Made by a program: the position numbers and the translations under genes
Shown: in pieces, positions 19,804 to 32,033 of the stretch
How positions within the stretch are numbered: position 1 is the first letter of the stretch
How the letters are laid out: the number at the start of each line of letters is the position of its first letter
The notes under the pieces: generated by a model
The model's input: only the letters and a program-made list of their open reading frames with translations
The model's database searches: none
Told to the model about the DNA's origin: nothing
From: Leptolyngbyaceae cyanobacterium
GTDB lineage: Bacteria > Cyanobacteriota > Cyanobacteriia > Phormidesmidales > Phormidesmidaceae
Direction of reading: 5' to 3'
Length of the DNA: 64,000 nucleotides
NCBI GenBank assembly: GCA_965263355.1
Contig: CBDHHL010000032.1
Span: 3,744,001 to 3,808,000 of the forward strand

Positions 19804-20056
19804 CAAAGGATTGTCTAGGCTGGCGGTTAGTTGCCATGGACTGATGGTGGGATTTTGTGACAACAAGGGCATCAGTCTTATCAGAATCCGATTCAGATAC
19901 CTGGGGATGCTCATCTAAAACGATAGCGTCTGCTGTGGTGCCTAGAAGTTCATCTAGATATTCTAGAGATTGCATAAAACTGGCTACAGCAGACTGCCTG
20001 AGCGAATGTTTATCCATGATCTTGTAACCTTTCCTCGCTAGTTGGTCGCTTGACAT
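19781..20056 (-). CDS. Hypothetical small protein
   Basis: 91-aa ORF with a helical core LRQSAVASFMQSLEYLDELL; no recognised family. Confidence 0.4.
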   Translation of the reverse strand: MSSDQLARKGYKIMDKHSLRQSAVASFMQSLEYLDELLGTTADAIVLDEHPQVSESDSDKTDALVVTKSHHQSMATNRQPRQSFVNPDADA

Positions 20057-20439
20057 TGCTGCCAGTACTTATGATTGGCAGTGCCATCGGGTTATCCGTG
20101 ACAATTGATATCGGGACCTTTAGTAATGAGATTGGTGAGCCTAACTCTAGCCAAGATGTTCCAAGTTCAGAAAAAAATAGAAAAATTGATACTTGTTTGT
20201 GAAGAGCCTTATCTCTCGGAAGCCAGCCCTACGGACACAAACGATTCTACGGGGGCACAGGGATAGATACTGAATCTAGCAAATTTGCAAATAATTGCTC
20301 AATATCAAGTTGTCTAATATCCACAATCTAGTTGAAAATGGATTCTGCCCCTATGTTGCCCATATCGTTTTTTGCCTTAGGCACGCGTCAATAAATGGTA
20401 ACCAGGGGTTCGCTGATATGATGTAATAGGGAGATCGTT

Positions 20440-21873
20440 GTGAGTTCATCCTTTGATTACGACCTAATCATTGTGGGTGCTGGTGTCGGTGGTCATGGAG
20501 CAGCATTACATGCTGTAAAGAGTGGTTTGAAGACCGCCATTATTGAAGCAGCTGACATGGGAGGTACCTGTGTCAATCGGGGATGCATTCCATCTAAGGC
20601 TCTATTGGCTGCTTCTGGCCGTGTTCGTGAATTACGTGATAGGCATCATCTCCAGTCTTTTGGTATTCAGGTGGGGGATGTCCAGTTTGAACGCTCAGCC
20701 ATTGCTGACCATGCTAGTAATTTGGTGAGCAAAATTCAGGGTGATCTTACCAATAGCCTGACTCGTCTTGGGGTCGATACAATTCGCGGTTGGGGTAAAT
20801 TGGCTGGTGCTCAGAAAGTTACTGTGGCCACAGCCGATGGTGAAAAGACTTATACTGCCAAAGAAATTATGCTGTCACCGGGATCGGTACCCTTTGTGCC
20901 ACCGGGCATCGAAACGGATGGTAAAACCGTATTTACCAGTGACGAAGCGATTAAGCTTGATTGGTTGCCTCAGTGGGTGGCTATCATCGGCAGCGGTTAC
21001 ATCGGTCTTGAATTTTCTGATGTGTATACGGCTCTAGGCTGTGAAGTCAGTATGATTGAGGCATTGCCTCAGCTCATGCCTACCTTCGATCCAGATATTG
21101 CCAAAATTGCTAAGCGGGTCCTAATTGATCCCCGTGATATCGATACCCATGTGGGTGTCATTGCTAAGACCGTTATCCCAGGGTCTCCTGTAACCATTGA
21201 GTTAGCAGATTTGCAAACTAAAGAAACGGTTGATGTGTTAGAAGTAGACGCCTGTCTAGTCGCTACTGGGAGAATTCCAGCCACTAAGGATATAGGATTA
21301 GAAAGTCTGGCTATTGAAACTGACCGACGGGGATTTATTCCAGTGAATGATCATATGGCAGTTTTGCGGGACGGTGAACCTGTGCCTCATCTGTGGGCCA
21401 TTGGCGATGCAACGGGCAAAATGATGCTTGCCCATGCTGCGTCTGCTCAAGGAGTGGTAGCCGTTGAAAATATTTTGAAAAAAAATCGCACCGTTAACTA
21501 TCAGAGCATTCCAGCAGCGGCCTTTACTCATCCAGAAGTCAGTTTTGTGGGGCTGACAGAGCCTGCCGCTAAGGAGTTGGCTGAGGCTGAGGGCTTTCAG
21601 ATTGGGGCCGTACGGAGTTACTTTAAAGCTAATTCTAAAGCCCTAGCAGAAAATGAATCTGACGGTTTGGCCAAGGTGATTTACCGTAAGGATACTGGGG
21701 AGATCTTAGGGACCCATATCATTGGCATCCATGCGGCAGACTTGATTCAAGAGGCGGCGAATGCTATTGCTCAAGGGCAAACGGTCAAAGAGCTTTCATT
21801 TATTGTGCATACACATCCAACGCTTTCTGAGGTGTTAGATGAAGCCTTTAAGCGTGCTGAGGTGATGGCGTGA
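20440..21873 (+). CDS. lpdA: Dihydrolipoyl dehydrogenase
   Basis: [19 protein letters not shown] redox disulfide, HPTLSE. Confidence 0.97.
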   Translation: MSSSFDYDLIIVGAGVGGHGAALHAVKSGLKTAIIEAADMGGTCVNRGCIPSKALLAASGRVRELRDRHHLQSFGIQVGDVQFERSAIADHASNLVSKIQGDLTNSLTRLGVDTIRGWGKLAGAQKVTVATADGEKTYTAKEIMLSPGSVPFVPPGIETDGKTVFTSDEAIKLDWLPQWVAIIGSGYIGLEFSDVYTALGCEVSMIEALPQLMPTFDPDIAKIAKRVLIDPRDIDTHVGVIAKTVIPGSPVTIELADLQTKETVDVLEVDACLVATGRIPATKDIGLESLAIETDRRGFIPVNDHMAVLRDGEPVPHLWAIGDATGKMMLAHAASAQGVVAVENILKKNRTVNYQSIPAAAFTHPEVSFVGLTEPAAKELAEAEGFQIGAVRSYFKANSKALAENESDGLAKVIYRKDTGEILGTHIIGIHAADLIQEAANAIAQGQTVKELSFIVHTHPTLSEVLDEAFKRAEVMA

Positions 21874-22751
21874 AAATAAGACGGCGTTCCCCGAACCCGA
21901 CTGTGGCTGTGGACACCCTGCGCTATCAGGTGAAGGTACCTGATAGCGAGCCGCACAATATTCTTGAGAAAATTGTCTGGCATAAGGAAACTGAAATCGA
22001 TCGTCTGCGGGAAAAAACTTCTCTGGCTGAGCTACAGCGTCAGGTCCTGGCGGCACCGCCGTCGCTGGATTTTGCAGCGGCGTTACGCTCTGGCAATACG
22101 ACACCCGCTGTAATTGCTGAGGTGAAAAAGGCATCGCCGAGTAAAGGGGTGATTCGGGAAGATTTTGATCCGGTTGCGATCGCAACTGCTTATGAAAAAG
22201 GCGGAGCAACCTGTTTATCAGTGCTTACCGATCAGGAATTTTTTCAGGGCAGTTTCGAGTATCTTACTCAGGTACGTCAGGCTGTAAAGCTACCTCTACT
22301 ATGTAAGGACTTTATCATCTATCCTTACCAGATTTATTTAGCCCGTATCCATGGTGCTGATGCCATATTGCTAATTGCAGCCATTTTGTCCGACAAAGAT
22401 TTGGATTACTTTATTCGAATTGCTGCAGCATTAGGTATGACTGCCCTGGTAGAAGTGCATACGACTGAAGAACTAGATCGGGTGCTTACCTTAGAAAAGG
22501 TGAAGGTGCTTGGCGTCAATAATCGTAACCTTGAAGACTTCTCGGTGAGCCTGGATACGACTCGTGATTTATTAGCTCATGCATCAACCCATGTCAGAGC
22601 TAATGATATTGTGTTTGTCAGTGAGTCGGGTATTCATCAGCCGGATGATGTTAAGCAGGTTGCCATGGCTGGAGCTCAAGCTATTTTAGTGGGTGAGTCG
22701 CTGATTCGGCAGTCTGATCCTGGTACCGCTATTCATCATCTTATGGCCTAG
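21870..22751 (+). CDS. trpC: Indole-3-glycerol phosphate synthase
   Basis: [33 protein letters not shown]. Confidence 0.97.
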   Translation: MKIRRRSPNPTVAVDTLRYQVKVPDSEPHNILEKIVWHKETEIDRLREKTSLAELQRQVLAAPPSLDFAAALRSGNTTPAVIAEVKKASPSKGVIREDFDPVAIATAYEKGGATCLSVLTDQEFFQGSFEYLTQVRQAVKLPLLCKDFIIYPYQIYLARIHGADAILLIAAILSDKDLDYFIRIAAALGMTALVEVHTTEELDRVLTLEKVKVLGVNNRNLEDFSVSLDTTRDLLAHASTHVRANDIVFVSESGIHQPDDVKQVAMAGAQAILVGESLIRQSDPGTAIHHLMA

Positions 22752-22809
22752 GTCTTGTAGGTCCTTTATTTTCTAACAGTTTCAGGTTCCCTACTCTGCG
22801 TTTACGCCC

Positions 22810-23046
22810 ATGGATCGTCCAATTCCTCTGCCGTCTCATATTCACTACGAGCTATTACTCAGGCTTTTGGAACGTGAAACTGCTGTAGCCATATACCAGC
22901 ACTCGCCCCAAAAGGAACAGTTACACGAGCTGATTATTACTCTACGCAAGGCTATGTCTCAGCAAAAACAGTTGGAAGAAAGTTGCAGGGTTGCAGAGCT
23001 TCCAGTGGAGTACTATTGGTCATTAAATGAGAAACCAGGTGCGTAG
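22810..23046 (+). CDS. Conserved cyanobacterial small protein (DUF5340-like)
   Basis: PLPSHIHYELLL.LLE ... WSLN pattern, downstream of trpC. Confidence 0.7.
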   Translation: MDRPIPLPSHIHYELLLRLLERETAVAIYQHSPQKEQLHELIITLRKAMSQQKQLEESCRVAELPVEYYWSLNEKPGA

Positions 23047-23082
23047 AGACAGCGAAAACTGTGAATATTTATAAATAGCTAA

Positions 23083-23117
23083 AATAACCTGCTGAATTAA
23101 AAAACCAGCAGGTTATT
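23083..23117. terminator. Bidirectional terminator hairpin
   Basis: AATAACCTGCTG / CAGCAGGTTATT inverted repeat between convergent genes. Confidence 0.75.
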
Positions 23118-23148
23118 GCTTTTAGGCTTAATTTTTGATTAGACAACC

Positions 23149-23262
23149 TTAGGGGTGAAGCAGTAGATCAGGGAAAAAGCGATTAAATTCAATTAGGATG
23201 CCAGCAGTAATAGTCATCCAAATAGCTGCTACGACAGGTGCTGTCGAAAGATATCTCATCAT
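23149..23262 (-). CDS. psaJ: Photosystem I subunit IX (not in ORF track)
   Basis: Translates [37 protein letters not shown], directly downstream of psaF. Confidence 0.97.
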   Translation of the reverse strand: MMRYLSTAPVVAAIWMTITAGILIEFNRFFPDLLLHP

Positions 23263-23365
23263 GGGAATTCTTCCTGAATAAAAGCGTCAAAAAAAGACTT
23301 TTCACTGAGTGCAGTTCGACAATATGGCTTTGATATGTGGAAGCCGCACACAAAACAACCTTGCC

Positions 23366-23866
23366 TTAGCGAGGTGAAACAGTTATTTCATCATCGTTAG
23401 CAAACATTGCGCCGGATGTTATGTCTTTGAATGCAGCCAAAGGCCATGCAGCACCAGCCATAGAAGACTTGATAGCCAAGTTGGTATCGATGATAATTTC
23501 CATTTCCTCGGGCTTCTTGGCAGAGCGAGACTCAATTAAGTAGGAGCGACCAGCCCAACCAATCCAACCGGCAATGTAGAGGAATAAGATGCCAGGAATG
23601 ACAAACTCACCCAGATGAGACAAATCTCCATCAACTACAATGTGGGGAAGGCCATCTTCGCCACATAGCAAGGTGGAGTTAGCATAAAAATCAAAACGTG
23701 CTTTAGCACTGTCTGTCGTGGCCGCAGCAGCACGTTGTTGGAACGCAGCAGATTCACCACAGGGGGTTAAACCAGCTACATTATCTCCAGCCAGACTAGC
23801 AGAAGCGGGTGCTGTGAAGCCAAACCAGAGGCAGATTACTAGAGCCAGAGCAAACAACCGTCGCAT
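23366..23866 (-). CDS. psaF: Photosystem I subunit III
   Basis: Signal peptide, [35 protein letters not shown]. Confidence 0.98.
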   Translation of the reverse strand: MRRLFALALVICLWFGFTAPASASLAGDNVAGLTPCGESAAFQQRAAAATTDSAKARFDFYANSTLLCGEDGLPHIVVDGDLSHLGEFVIPGILFLYIAGWIGWAGRSYLIESRSAKKPEEMEIIIDTNLAIKSSMAGAAWPLAAFKDITSGAMFANDDEITVSPR

Positions 23867-24120
23867 AGAATATTTCCTTTGTGGTTTACAAAAGACAAAA
23901 AATTAATTCAGAGAATCTCTTAACTTAGATAACCAACCGTAACGCTGCTTTAACTAGCTACATAACCAGTATGCATACCTTCTCTGTGGTTAACGCGTGT
24001 TTAAACCTAACCAACGTGAACTAAATTAAGGATCTACTTGACTCTCAGGGATCATACCTTTCCGTTAAACCCTGACAGGGAAATTGCTCACAAGACTTTA
24101 CATGCTGACACAATTGACGA

Positions 24121-25167
24121 ATGGCTAAGATTTTGGCGATAGAAACAAGCTGTGATGAAACTGCGGCGGCTGTAGTAGACCATCGCCAGTTGCTCAGTAG
24201 TGTGGTGGCGTCTCAAATTGACCTACATCGACGCTACGGCGGGGTTGTTCCTGAGTTAGCTTCCCGTGAACATCTCTTAACCATTGGCGATACGCTAAAC
24301 GAGGCATTATGTGAATCCCAGTTGAGTTGGAGCGATATTGATGCCGTGGCAACTACCTGTGCGCCAGGGTTAGTCGGTGCGCTGCTGGTAGGGATGAGTG
24401 TTGGGAAAACCTTATCATTGGTGCATCAAAAACCTTTTTTGGGTGTTCATCACCTAGAGGGACATATCTATGCTGCCTATTTAGAACATCCTGAACTCCA
24501 GCCTCCGTTTCTATGCCTGCTAGTATCCGGTGGACATACCAGTCTGATTCGTGTATGCGGCTGTGGTAAATATAATCTATTGGGCCAAACACGGGATGAT
24601 GCTGCGGGCGAAGCGTTTGATAAAGTGGCTCGTTTGCTTGATTTGGGATATCCCGGCGGGCCAATAATTGATCGACTGGCTCAGCATGGTAACCCAAAAG
24701 CATTTAAGTTACCAGAGGGGAATATTTCTCTACCAGAAGGTGGCTATCATCCTTATGACGCTAGTTTTAGTGGCCTCAAGACAGCTGTTTTGAGATTAAT
24801 AGAACGGCTTAAGGCTGATAAGGTAGCCCCCTTACCTGTCGAGGATATTGCGGCTAGTTTTCAATCTGCTGTGGTCAGAGCCTTGATTAAGCGGACGATG
24901 CGTTGTGCTCAGGATGAAGGCCTTTCTAAAATTGTTCTAGGGGGTGGTGTTGCTGCCAATAGTGGCTTACGTCAGACATTGACTCAGAGGGCTACTGAGC
25001 AGGGTATGAGCGTTTACATTCCATCCCTTAAGTTCTGTACGGATAATGCTGCTATGGTTGCCTGTGCTGCCAGTGAGCATTTTGAGCAGGGCCATCGGTC
25101 AAGCCTGGATTTAGGTGTTTATTCTCGTTTTCCCCTGGAGAAAGTTGCTGACTTATATCGGTTCTAA
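24121..25167 (+). CDS. tsaD: tRNA t6A37 threonylcarbamoyltransferase
   Basis: IETSCDET, GGVVPELASREH, HHLEGH, DDAAGEAFDK, CTDNAAM. Confidence 0.97.
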   Translation: MAKILAIETSCDETAAAVVDHRQLLSSVVASQIDLHRRYGGVVPELASREHLLTIGDTLNEALCESQLSWSDIDAVATTCAPGLVGALLVGMSVGKTLSLVHQKPFLGVHHLEGHIYAAYLEHPELQPPFLCLLVSGGHTSLIRVCGCGKYNLLGQTRDDAAGEAFDKVARLLDLGYPGGPIIDRLAQHGNPKAFKLPEGNISLPEGGYHPYDASFSGLKTAVLRLIERLKADKVAPLPVEDIAASFQSAVVRALIKRTMRCAQDEGLSKIVLGGGVAANSGLRQTLTQRATEQGMSVYIPSLKFCTDNAAMVACAASEHFEQGHRSSLDLGVYSRFPLEKVADLYRF

Positions 25168-25238
25168 ACCAAATCCAAGTCGAGACCTGTATATTCTTCA
25201 CCTGAAAAATGATCGTTTTGGGCGTTCATAAGGTTTGC

Positions 25239-26123
25239 TTAGACTAAGTCGTTATTTAAAAGCCACTGACGTAACTGGCTCTCCAGGGCCATGGTTTGTT
25301 CTAACATGGCGAAGTGACCGCATTGTTGAAAGGTGACGACGGTCTGCTTACCTTGATGGAAAAACTGATGAAAACTAGCTAAATGCTGGACATAACGTGG
25401 CTCCATCACCCTATCTTCTTCTCCGGTGATGAAATATACCGGTTGAGTAAGCTGGGCAACAATTTGGGGCAATTGATGAACTTCCTTTTCAGTGGTAGAT
25501 GCCAAGAGAGATTGGGTGGCTGCTTCTGGGTCTGCCCGTAAAAAATCGTTCAGACGCTGTTGACCCCATCGATAGCTTAGAGTTTGTTGCACCATAATAT
25601 TGGCAAATATCCAAGGGAGTACAGGCAGATGCTGTAACCATTTGGGTCGCCATTCCAGCATCTGTTGGCCTGAACTACGAAACTTTTCAAACGCATTGCG
25701 GATATATATGCCGCCCCCTGCATTTACACAGATGACTCCTTGCACACGGTGTGGAAACAGATGAGCTGCCCACAGGGCAATGCTACCGCCTAATGAATGG
25801 CCAATCAGCCATACATTTTCAAGCTCCAGGGTTTCTAGCAATGCATTTAAGTCACGGGCATAGGCGGCAAGACCGTAGACTGCTGTTTCTGAGGCATGGC
25901 AACGATTCGACAAATATTGAGTAGAATCACCAAAGCCCCTCAAATCGTAGGCTAAACAGGCAATATCTGGAGCCAGTTGCTGCATCAGGGGGTGCCAATA
26001 GGCACGACTGAGTAACCAGCCATGGATACAGACCAATACCAAACGATGGGAGGTGGGAGTTGAAAATAAGTTGGGAGTGAAATCATAGACATGGGGCACT
26101 CCGAAGACAGGTGTCACCACCAT
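25239..26123 (-). CDS. Alpha/beta fold hydrolase
   Basis: HGWLLS, YDLRGFG, GHSLGG nucleophile elbow, GHFAMLE. Confidence 0.9.
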   Translation of the reverse strand: MVVTPVFGVPHVYDFTPNLFSTPTSHRLVLVCIHGWLLSRAYWHPLMQQLAPDIACLAYDLRGFGDSTQYLSNRCHASETAVYGLAAYARDLNALLETLELENVWLIGHSLGGSIALWAAHLFPHRVQGVICVNAGGGIYIRNAFEKFRSSGQQMLEWRPKWLQHLPVLPWIFANIMVQQTLSYRWGQQRLNDFLRADPEAATQSLLASTTEKEVHQLPQIVAQLTQPVYFITGEEDRVMEPRYVQHLASFHQFFHQGKQTVVTFQQCGHFAMLEQTMALESQLRQWLLNNDLV

Positions 26124-26194
26124 GGTGAAAATAGAATTCGTAAAAAAACGGCATTCAAACTTGAACCAGTCCCATTGAGGTTATGTGAGGAATT

Positions 26195-26920
26195 TTAATA
26201 AGGCCCGCCTAACAAACGTTCACGCATACCCTCAGCAATTTTGTGGCCCAAATATTCTGGAATCAAACTTTCATTGGGTCCTAACAGGTACAAAATTAAC
26301 CGAGTGCGGCCACGCCATACCAATAGATTAGCATTTACTACCAGTAAATCTTCTTGCCAGATGGCGTACATGACCTTGTAAAACAGTCCTGGCTGATTGT
26401 CCGCTTCGATGAGTAATGCAGGCAAATGAAAGACAGGATCCACATAAAATTCAGTTTCAACTTTTTCTAGGCCTGCATTGAGATTAAACTCAACGCTGAG
26501 CATTTCTTCTACTTCATAACGTCCTGCTAAAGCTTCCCGAATAGCACGGCAGGTATTATCAGCAGTTTTGTCACTTAGGGCCTTACCGCCACGGGAAACC
26601 ACAAGTTTGACAAATACCAGCATGGGGGGGTAAATCTGCCCATATAGGCTAAGGCTATGAATCGTTAGCCCGTAGGCGGTCAGTACGCCAAAAATATCAC
26701 TGAGTAAAAAAGACTGGTTACGATAAGCAAAATGGAGGGCGCTGCGATTCCCTTCTGGTTTTATTTCGATAACGGCCTTTTTTGTTTTGTATAGCTGATA
26801 GGCAAGCCGTAGATTTTGTAACTGAATTTCGCTGCTGACAAACTGCTCATAAAACTGCGGGAACGCTCGATTGAAGCGTTTCAGCAATTCTACTGTCGAT
26901 GTCTTTAATCCGGCTGCCAT
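26195..26920 (-). CDS. Conserved cyanobacterial protein with two ACT-like (GlnD C-terminal-like) segments
   Basis: NQSFLLSDIFGVLTAYGLTIH and DNQPGLFYKVMYAIWQEDLLV resemble ACT D.PGLL..I motifs. Confidence 0.6.
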   Translation of the reverse strand: MAAGLKTSTVELLKRFNRAFPQFYEQFVSSEIQLQNLRLAYQLYKTKKAVIEIKPEGNRSALHFAYRNQSFLLSDIFGVLTAYGLTIHSLSLYGQIYPPMLVFVKLVVSRGGKALSDKTADNTCRAIREALAGRYEVEEMLSVEFNLNAGLEKVETEFYVDPVFHLPALLIEADNQPGLFYKVMYAIWQEDLLVVNANLLVWRGRTRLILYLLGPNESLIPEYLGHKIAEGMRERLLGGPY

Positions 26921-27313
26921 ATGTATTCAGAAACTGCATTAGTTGTACCCGTTGGCTAACTTGGCTGATTGCATATGCCAGCTCAGTAAATGCCCTGTCA
27001 ATTAATTTTTTGATAGCTTTGCTCCAAAGCACTTTCTGAAGCACCTGAAGCAATATTACCCAAAGTGTTTTGTTATCTTTGCGAGGGTAAACCATGTTTG
27101 GCATTAGAGTATGCCATTAGTCAGCAAGTGGAATGCCATCAAACCAGGTCCAATTTCTAACTGATAGCTTTCTCTACGATAAAACTCTAGTTTTGAACAT
27201 GGATAAGGTTTAACATGCTGGCAAACTTACCGATTAGTTAACTAATTTTGATTGATTCTAAATCAATGTTTTTAGCCTCCTAGGAAAGGATAGACCTATA
27301 CTGCTAGAGTTAA

Positions 27314-27868
<555 letters not shown>

Positions 27869-27887
27869 CTGTTGTTCTACCCTAAGG

Positions 27888-28310
27888 TTAGCTACATAGT
27901 TGCCTAGCTTCAGAGATCCACTGAGAAACTTGCCCGGTATCTGGGCTGAGATCAGCTCGATGCATCAATTTGATTTGGAGTCGCTTGAGTTGAGCGTGGA
28001 GCTGAGCAACAGGAAGTAGGGCTAACTGCTGAGGCGAACTAATGCCAGCATGGAGAAGTAGTCCACAATATTGACAGCCTACGCTGGGAAGGCAAGCAAG
28101 TTTGGCTAGGGCCGTCCACTTGTTGATGTGCTGTATGTGGGAGTTGAGTTGCTGAGCTAATTGTAGGCGAGCAGCTTGGTTCCGAGTCATCTTGAGTAAA
28201 TCGCGGGTAGTGAAAATCTTTAATTCTTTTAACTGCTGCTCGTGCTCAGCAGAAATACCTGGTAATTGTTCAATAGCCCAGTTTTGAAGTCGTATGGAGT
28301 TAGGTGACAT
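27888..28310 (-). CDS. DUF4332 family helix-hairpin-helix protein
   Basis: LPGIS, PSVGCQYCGLLLHAGI, V.QWI.EA. Confidence 0.75.
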   Translation of the reverse strand: MSPNSIRLQNWAIEQLPGISAEHEQQLKELKIFTTRDLLKMTRNQAARLQLAQQLNSHIQHINKWTALAKLACLPSVGCQYCGLLLHAGISSPQQLALLPVAQLHAQLKRLQIKLMHRADLSPDTGQVSQWISEARQLCS

Positions 28311-28419
28311 GCTGAATGGCTAAAAACCCATAAGGCAAATAGAGGTATATTTATGTTAGGTTGTTAGGCGGCAACTCTAAGGAATTTTGCGACTTGGATG
28401 TTTGCAGTTTTATTGGTTA

Positions 28420-28493
28420 CGGGATGTAGCGCAGCTTGGTAGCGCGCCTGCTTTGGGAGCAGGATGTCGCAGGTTCGAATCCTGTCATCCCGA
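28420..28493 (+). tRNA. tRNA-Pro (TGG)
   Basis: CGGGATGTAGCGCAGCTTGGTAGCGCGCCTGCTTTGGGAGCAGG...GGTTCGAATCCTGTCATCCCGA. Confidence 0.96.
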
Positions 28494-28713
28494 TTATTTA
28501 ATTTTTTGTTGTACACATTTAGTGTTTGTGAGTGGGATGCAGGGTATTTATCGCTGTCTGTTAGTGCTACGACCTGAATCGCCATAGGATAATCTTGCAG
28601 GTTTATTTGGGATGGTGGCCAATTTTGGAAATGTCTGAGCTAATCTCTTAGGGATTACGCTCTGTTAGATGATTGACGTTAATCGAGTTAATAGTTTGGC
28701 ATTGGGAGGAAGT

Positions 28714-29454
28714 ATGAAAGCAATATTTGGTCGGTTACTATGTGGCCTCTTAGGTGGCGGGATGATAGCCACCACATTCCATACCCCTCAAGCATTAGCG
28801 CTTTCAGAAGATCAGCTGCTTGATAAATTTGCTGAAGTTCCTGTGTTTGTGGTGGCTGACAGAGCAGGTGGTTATGTGACGTCAGTGGTCGATTTGCCGA
28901 ATGATGGTGTTGGTAATGTAGCGTTGCTTAGGGTCTTCTTTAATGAGCCTGATGCTGTTGCTTTTGTGGATCAAGTCCGTCAAGATGATCCTCGCTTTAA
29001 TCCAGGTGGTTCGGTAGGGGTGATTGATTTGGCCTCAGTGCATCGTTTGGCTAGGGAAGATCGGGAATTTCCTTTGAAGCTTATCTTTATTCCTGCCGCT
29101 GATGATCTTGAGGCTGCACGTGCCTTAGATAGTGGTTTTGGGGGTAATACATCCTCTTCACTAGTGCCGTTGTTTGCCTTGCAGGATGCTGCTGGCAACT
29201 ATGTTTCCTTATCTGTTGATAATGAGTCGGAGGAGTCAATTTTCTCGATGTTCTTCTCAAAACAGGATGCAGATAGCGTTTTGAATTCTATTCAGGCATC
29301 GAATCCTGAAGTTGGTCAGGTTAATGTGGGTGTGGTTTCTCTGGCTGATTTATCCAGTAATGTACTCAACAGCGATAATGAAGCGTTTGAGCGTATTCGC
29401 TTTTTGCCAGATTCGGAAGTGATTAATCATATTCAAAGCCTGGATCTGGAATAG
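28714..29454 (+). CDS. Tic22 family periplasmic chaperone
   Basis: GGAGGA RBS before ATG 28714, signal peptide ending ALAL, VPVF, VPLF, FFSKQD. Confidence 0.8.
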   Translation: MKAIFGRLLCGLLGGGMIATTFHTPQALALSEDQLLDKFAEVPVFVVADRAGGYVTSVVDLPNDGVGNVALLRVFFNEPDAVAFVDQVRQDDPRFNPGGSVGVIDLASVHRLAREDREFPLKLIFIPAADDLEAARALDSGFGGNTSSSLVPLFALQDAAGNYVSLSVDNESEESIFSMFFSKQDADSVLNSIQASNPEVGQVNVGVVSLADLSSNVLNSDNEAFERIRFLPDSEVINHIQSLDLE

Positions 29455-29523
29455 CGAATTGTTAATGAACGCTATCTTTGATGCCTGCGATCGTTACTGG
29501 GTGAATCTGGTTCAGTAGGTTAG

Positions 29524-30762
29524 CTAGCTGTGATGAGGCGGCGATTTTTTGAGTAAATCGTAGATGCGATGGGCCATCTTAAGCTTTGTGCCTGTGTTTA
29601 GGGGGAGCTGATGGCCCTGGTTATCTAGAAAAATGCCATGGTTGAGATCGCAACCAAATCCACTCTCTGGTTGATCAACTGGATTAGCTACAATTGCATC
29701 CAGCCCTTTGCGTTGTAGCTTACTTAACGCAGGCTCAATGATATCGCCAGTTTGAGCTGCAAACCCAACCAGGGTTTGGTCGGCTCTTTTGTTAGCTGAT
29801 AATTTGGCCACAATATCTGTCACTGGTTCCAGGGGTAAAGGATTTGGCAGATCTGCTTTGGCGAGCTTGCCAAAGCTCAGTTGTTGGGGACGCATATCGG
29901 CTACTGCTGCAGCCATAATAATCCAGTCCGCTGTGGCTAACTGCGCCATCAATGAGGCTTCCATATCAGCGGCATTGACTACGGCTGTGGTGTGCACCGT
30001 ATCGGGAATCGTCTGACACAGCTGACTCTCCATAGGACCATGGACCAGGGATACTTGGGCCCCCCGATGACTGGCGGCGGTGGCCAGGGCAATGCCCATA
30101 CGTCCAGTGGATGGGTTGCCGATATAGCGGACGGCGTCGATATATTCTTGGGTGCTGCCAGTGCTGATGAGGATACGCCTGCCATTGAGGTCGCACCGTC
30201 CTTGGGTGTGCTGCAGAGACTCTAAGGCTGTAAGGATAGTGTAGGGTTCAGCCATGCGTCCGGTGCCGATGCGATCGCATGCCAAGCGCCCAGCTGCAGG
30301 ACCCACTGCATGATATCTGTCATCCGTCAAAATCTGTGCCCAATTCCGCTGAACAGACGATTGTAGCCACATATCCGTATTCATCGCTGGGGCCAGCAAT
30401 ATTGGACATGTGGACGCGAGAACAGTATTGGTTAATAGATTATCGGCTAAACCATGGACTAATTTACCCAATGTATTCGCTGTTAAAGGCGCTATCAGGA
30501 AATAGTCTGCCCATTCAGCTAGCTCTATGTGGAGTGGTCGAGCTTGGTCTGCTGACCAAAAGCTGCTATCGGTGTAAGCAGTATGACGAGAAAGAGTGGC
30601 AAAGGTCAAAGCTGAGACAAACGCCTCAGCCGACGGCGTTAAAATAACCCGTACGGCTGGCCCCGCTTTAGCCAGGGTAGAAACCACCTCACATACTTTA
30701 TAGGCTGCTATACCACCACTAATACCAATCAAAATTTTGGCTGCTGGCGATTTATCTGCCAT
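29524..30762 (-). CDS. coaBC: Phosphopantothenoylcysteine decarboxylase/ligase
   Basis: [38 protein letters not shown]. Confidence 0.96.
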   Translation of the reverse strand: MADKSPAAKILIGISGGIAAYKVCEVVSTLAKAGPAVRVILTPSAEAFVSALTFATLSRHTAYTDSSFWSADQARPLHIELAEWADYFLIAPLTANTLGKLVHGLADNLLTNTVLASTCPILLAPAMNTDMWLQSSVQRNWAQILTDDRYHAVGPAAGRLACDRIGTGRMAEPYTILTALESLQHTQGRCDLNGRRILISTGSTQEYIDAVRYIGNPSTGRMGIALATAASHRGAQVSLVHGPMESQLCQTIPDTVHTTAVVNAADMEASLMAQLATADWIIMAAAVADMRPQQLSFGKLAKADLPNPLPLEPVTDIVAKLSANKRADQTLVGFAAQTGDIIEPALSKLQRKGLDAIVANPVDQPESGFGCDLNHGIFLDNQGHQLPLNTGTKLKMAHRIYDLLKKSPPHHS

Positions 30763-30980
30763 TAGGCTTCGTCGTAGGTTTCCACATCCAACAGATGTAC
30801 ATAGGAACTCACTAGCTCTGGACGCTGGAATGCCACTGACCGCAGTCGATGCCAGTCCTGTAATCCTTCAAAAGCTGTAGGGTATTCATCTTTTTCTAAA
30901 CGTTGTGCCAGCTGATCGACTTCTTCTTGAGTAACGTCAGCGATAGGCTTATTAGAAACTTTGCTTGTACTTGAAACCAT
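30762..30980 (-). CDS. DUF2555-like small protein
   Basis: LA.RLE.D.Y...F.GL.DWH.LR pattern, upstream of coaBC. Confidence 0.75.
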   Translation of the reverse strand: MVSSTSKVSNKPIADVTQEEVDQLAQRLEKDEYPTAFEGLQDWHRLRSVAFQRPELVSSYVHLLDVETYDEA

Positions 30981-31065
30981 GATGCTGGCTCCTGTGGGCT
31001 AGGCGCTGTCTCCAGTGTATTCGGTGTCGTTATCACTGTCTCGGAGTGCGTCTGAAATGTTACAC

Positions 31066-31710
31066 CTAGTTTTTACAAAGTTTTTCGCAAAAATTCTTGG
31101 CTATTTCAAGCACCTGCAGGTTAATTTCATGCCCCATATTAACTTCATAATAGTCAACATTAACTGACAATTTGCTTAATTCAGCTTTACTTCGATGAGC
31201 TTGGGCTATGGGGACCACTGGGTCCTGGCGTCCATGGACTAGCAGAATAGGACGAGGACTGCTGGGGCTAGATAGGGGACCGTGGCTGTAGCCACTGAGA
31301 ATCATCATTCCGGCAACGGGGAGTCCCATGCCGATGTCTAAGGTCATAGCCCCACCCTGGGAAAAGCCACCGAGAACAGTTTTTTCTAGTGGAATGCCTG
31401 TTTGCTGGGGTAGGCTGTTGAGCCAGTCGAGCAGTAGCTGACGACTATATTGCAGATCTGTTTGGTGGGTGCAAGGTTGGTCAAAACTGAAAACTTCAGG
31501 CAAGGCATACCACATGCGTCCATCGGGTGCCCCCATGCCATTACCTACCTTGTGGGCGTGGGGGGCATCAGGAAAAAGCATTTTATAGTTAGCTAGCTGC
31601 ATGTAAGGGGCAATGCCCGCAACATCCTCGGCATTTGCTCCCCAGCCATGGAGCAGAATCAATAAATAGCTAGCAGTAGAGTCACCAGCGGACAAAGCAC
31701 GAAGTGACAT
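31066..31710 (-). CDS. Phospholipase/carboxylesterase
   Basis: LHGWGAN, GFSQGG, HGRQDPVVP, GHEI. Confidence 0.92.
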   Translation of the reverse strand: MSLRALSAGDSTASYLLILLHGWGANAEDVAGIAPYMQLANYKMLFPDAPHAHKVGNGMGAPDGRMWYALPEVFSFDQPCTHQTDLQYSRQLLLDWLNSLPQQTGIPLEKTVLGGFSQGGAMTLDIGMGLPVAGMMILSGYSHGPLSSPSSPRPILLVHGRQDPVVPIAQAHRSKAELSKLSVNVDYYEVNMGHEINLQVLEIAKNFCEKLCKN

Positions 31711-32033
31711 AGGCAGTCTTTGTAAGTGGGAAGGTCGCTACGGATTCTACCGTAGACTTGCCATTGACCTGGAAATTTCTGTTCTATACCTACAAATATG
31801 AAACACCAACAGTTCTTGGTACTGATGCTAATGTTGGCACATTCAAAAAATTTGTAGATGGGGATTTAGTAGCAATAAGTCCCCATAACACCATAGAAGG
31901 CGACAATGCTGTAAGCGTACTAACCCACATAAATTTCATCAATACTGCACAAATCCGGAAAGGCTATTGCATTTGAAGCTATGGATGCCCTCTGGTAGTC
32001 CTGTGGGCTGCCAAACTTTCATCACGAGATGTC

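Noticed and set aside
28364..28587. ORFs 28364-28585 and 28387-28587 (also 16022-16216)
   Set aside because: They overlap tRNA genes and are spurious translations.
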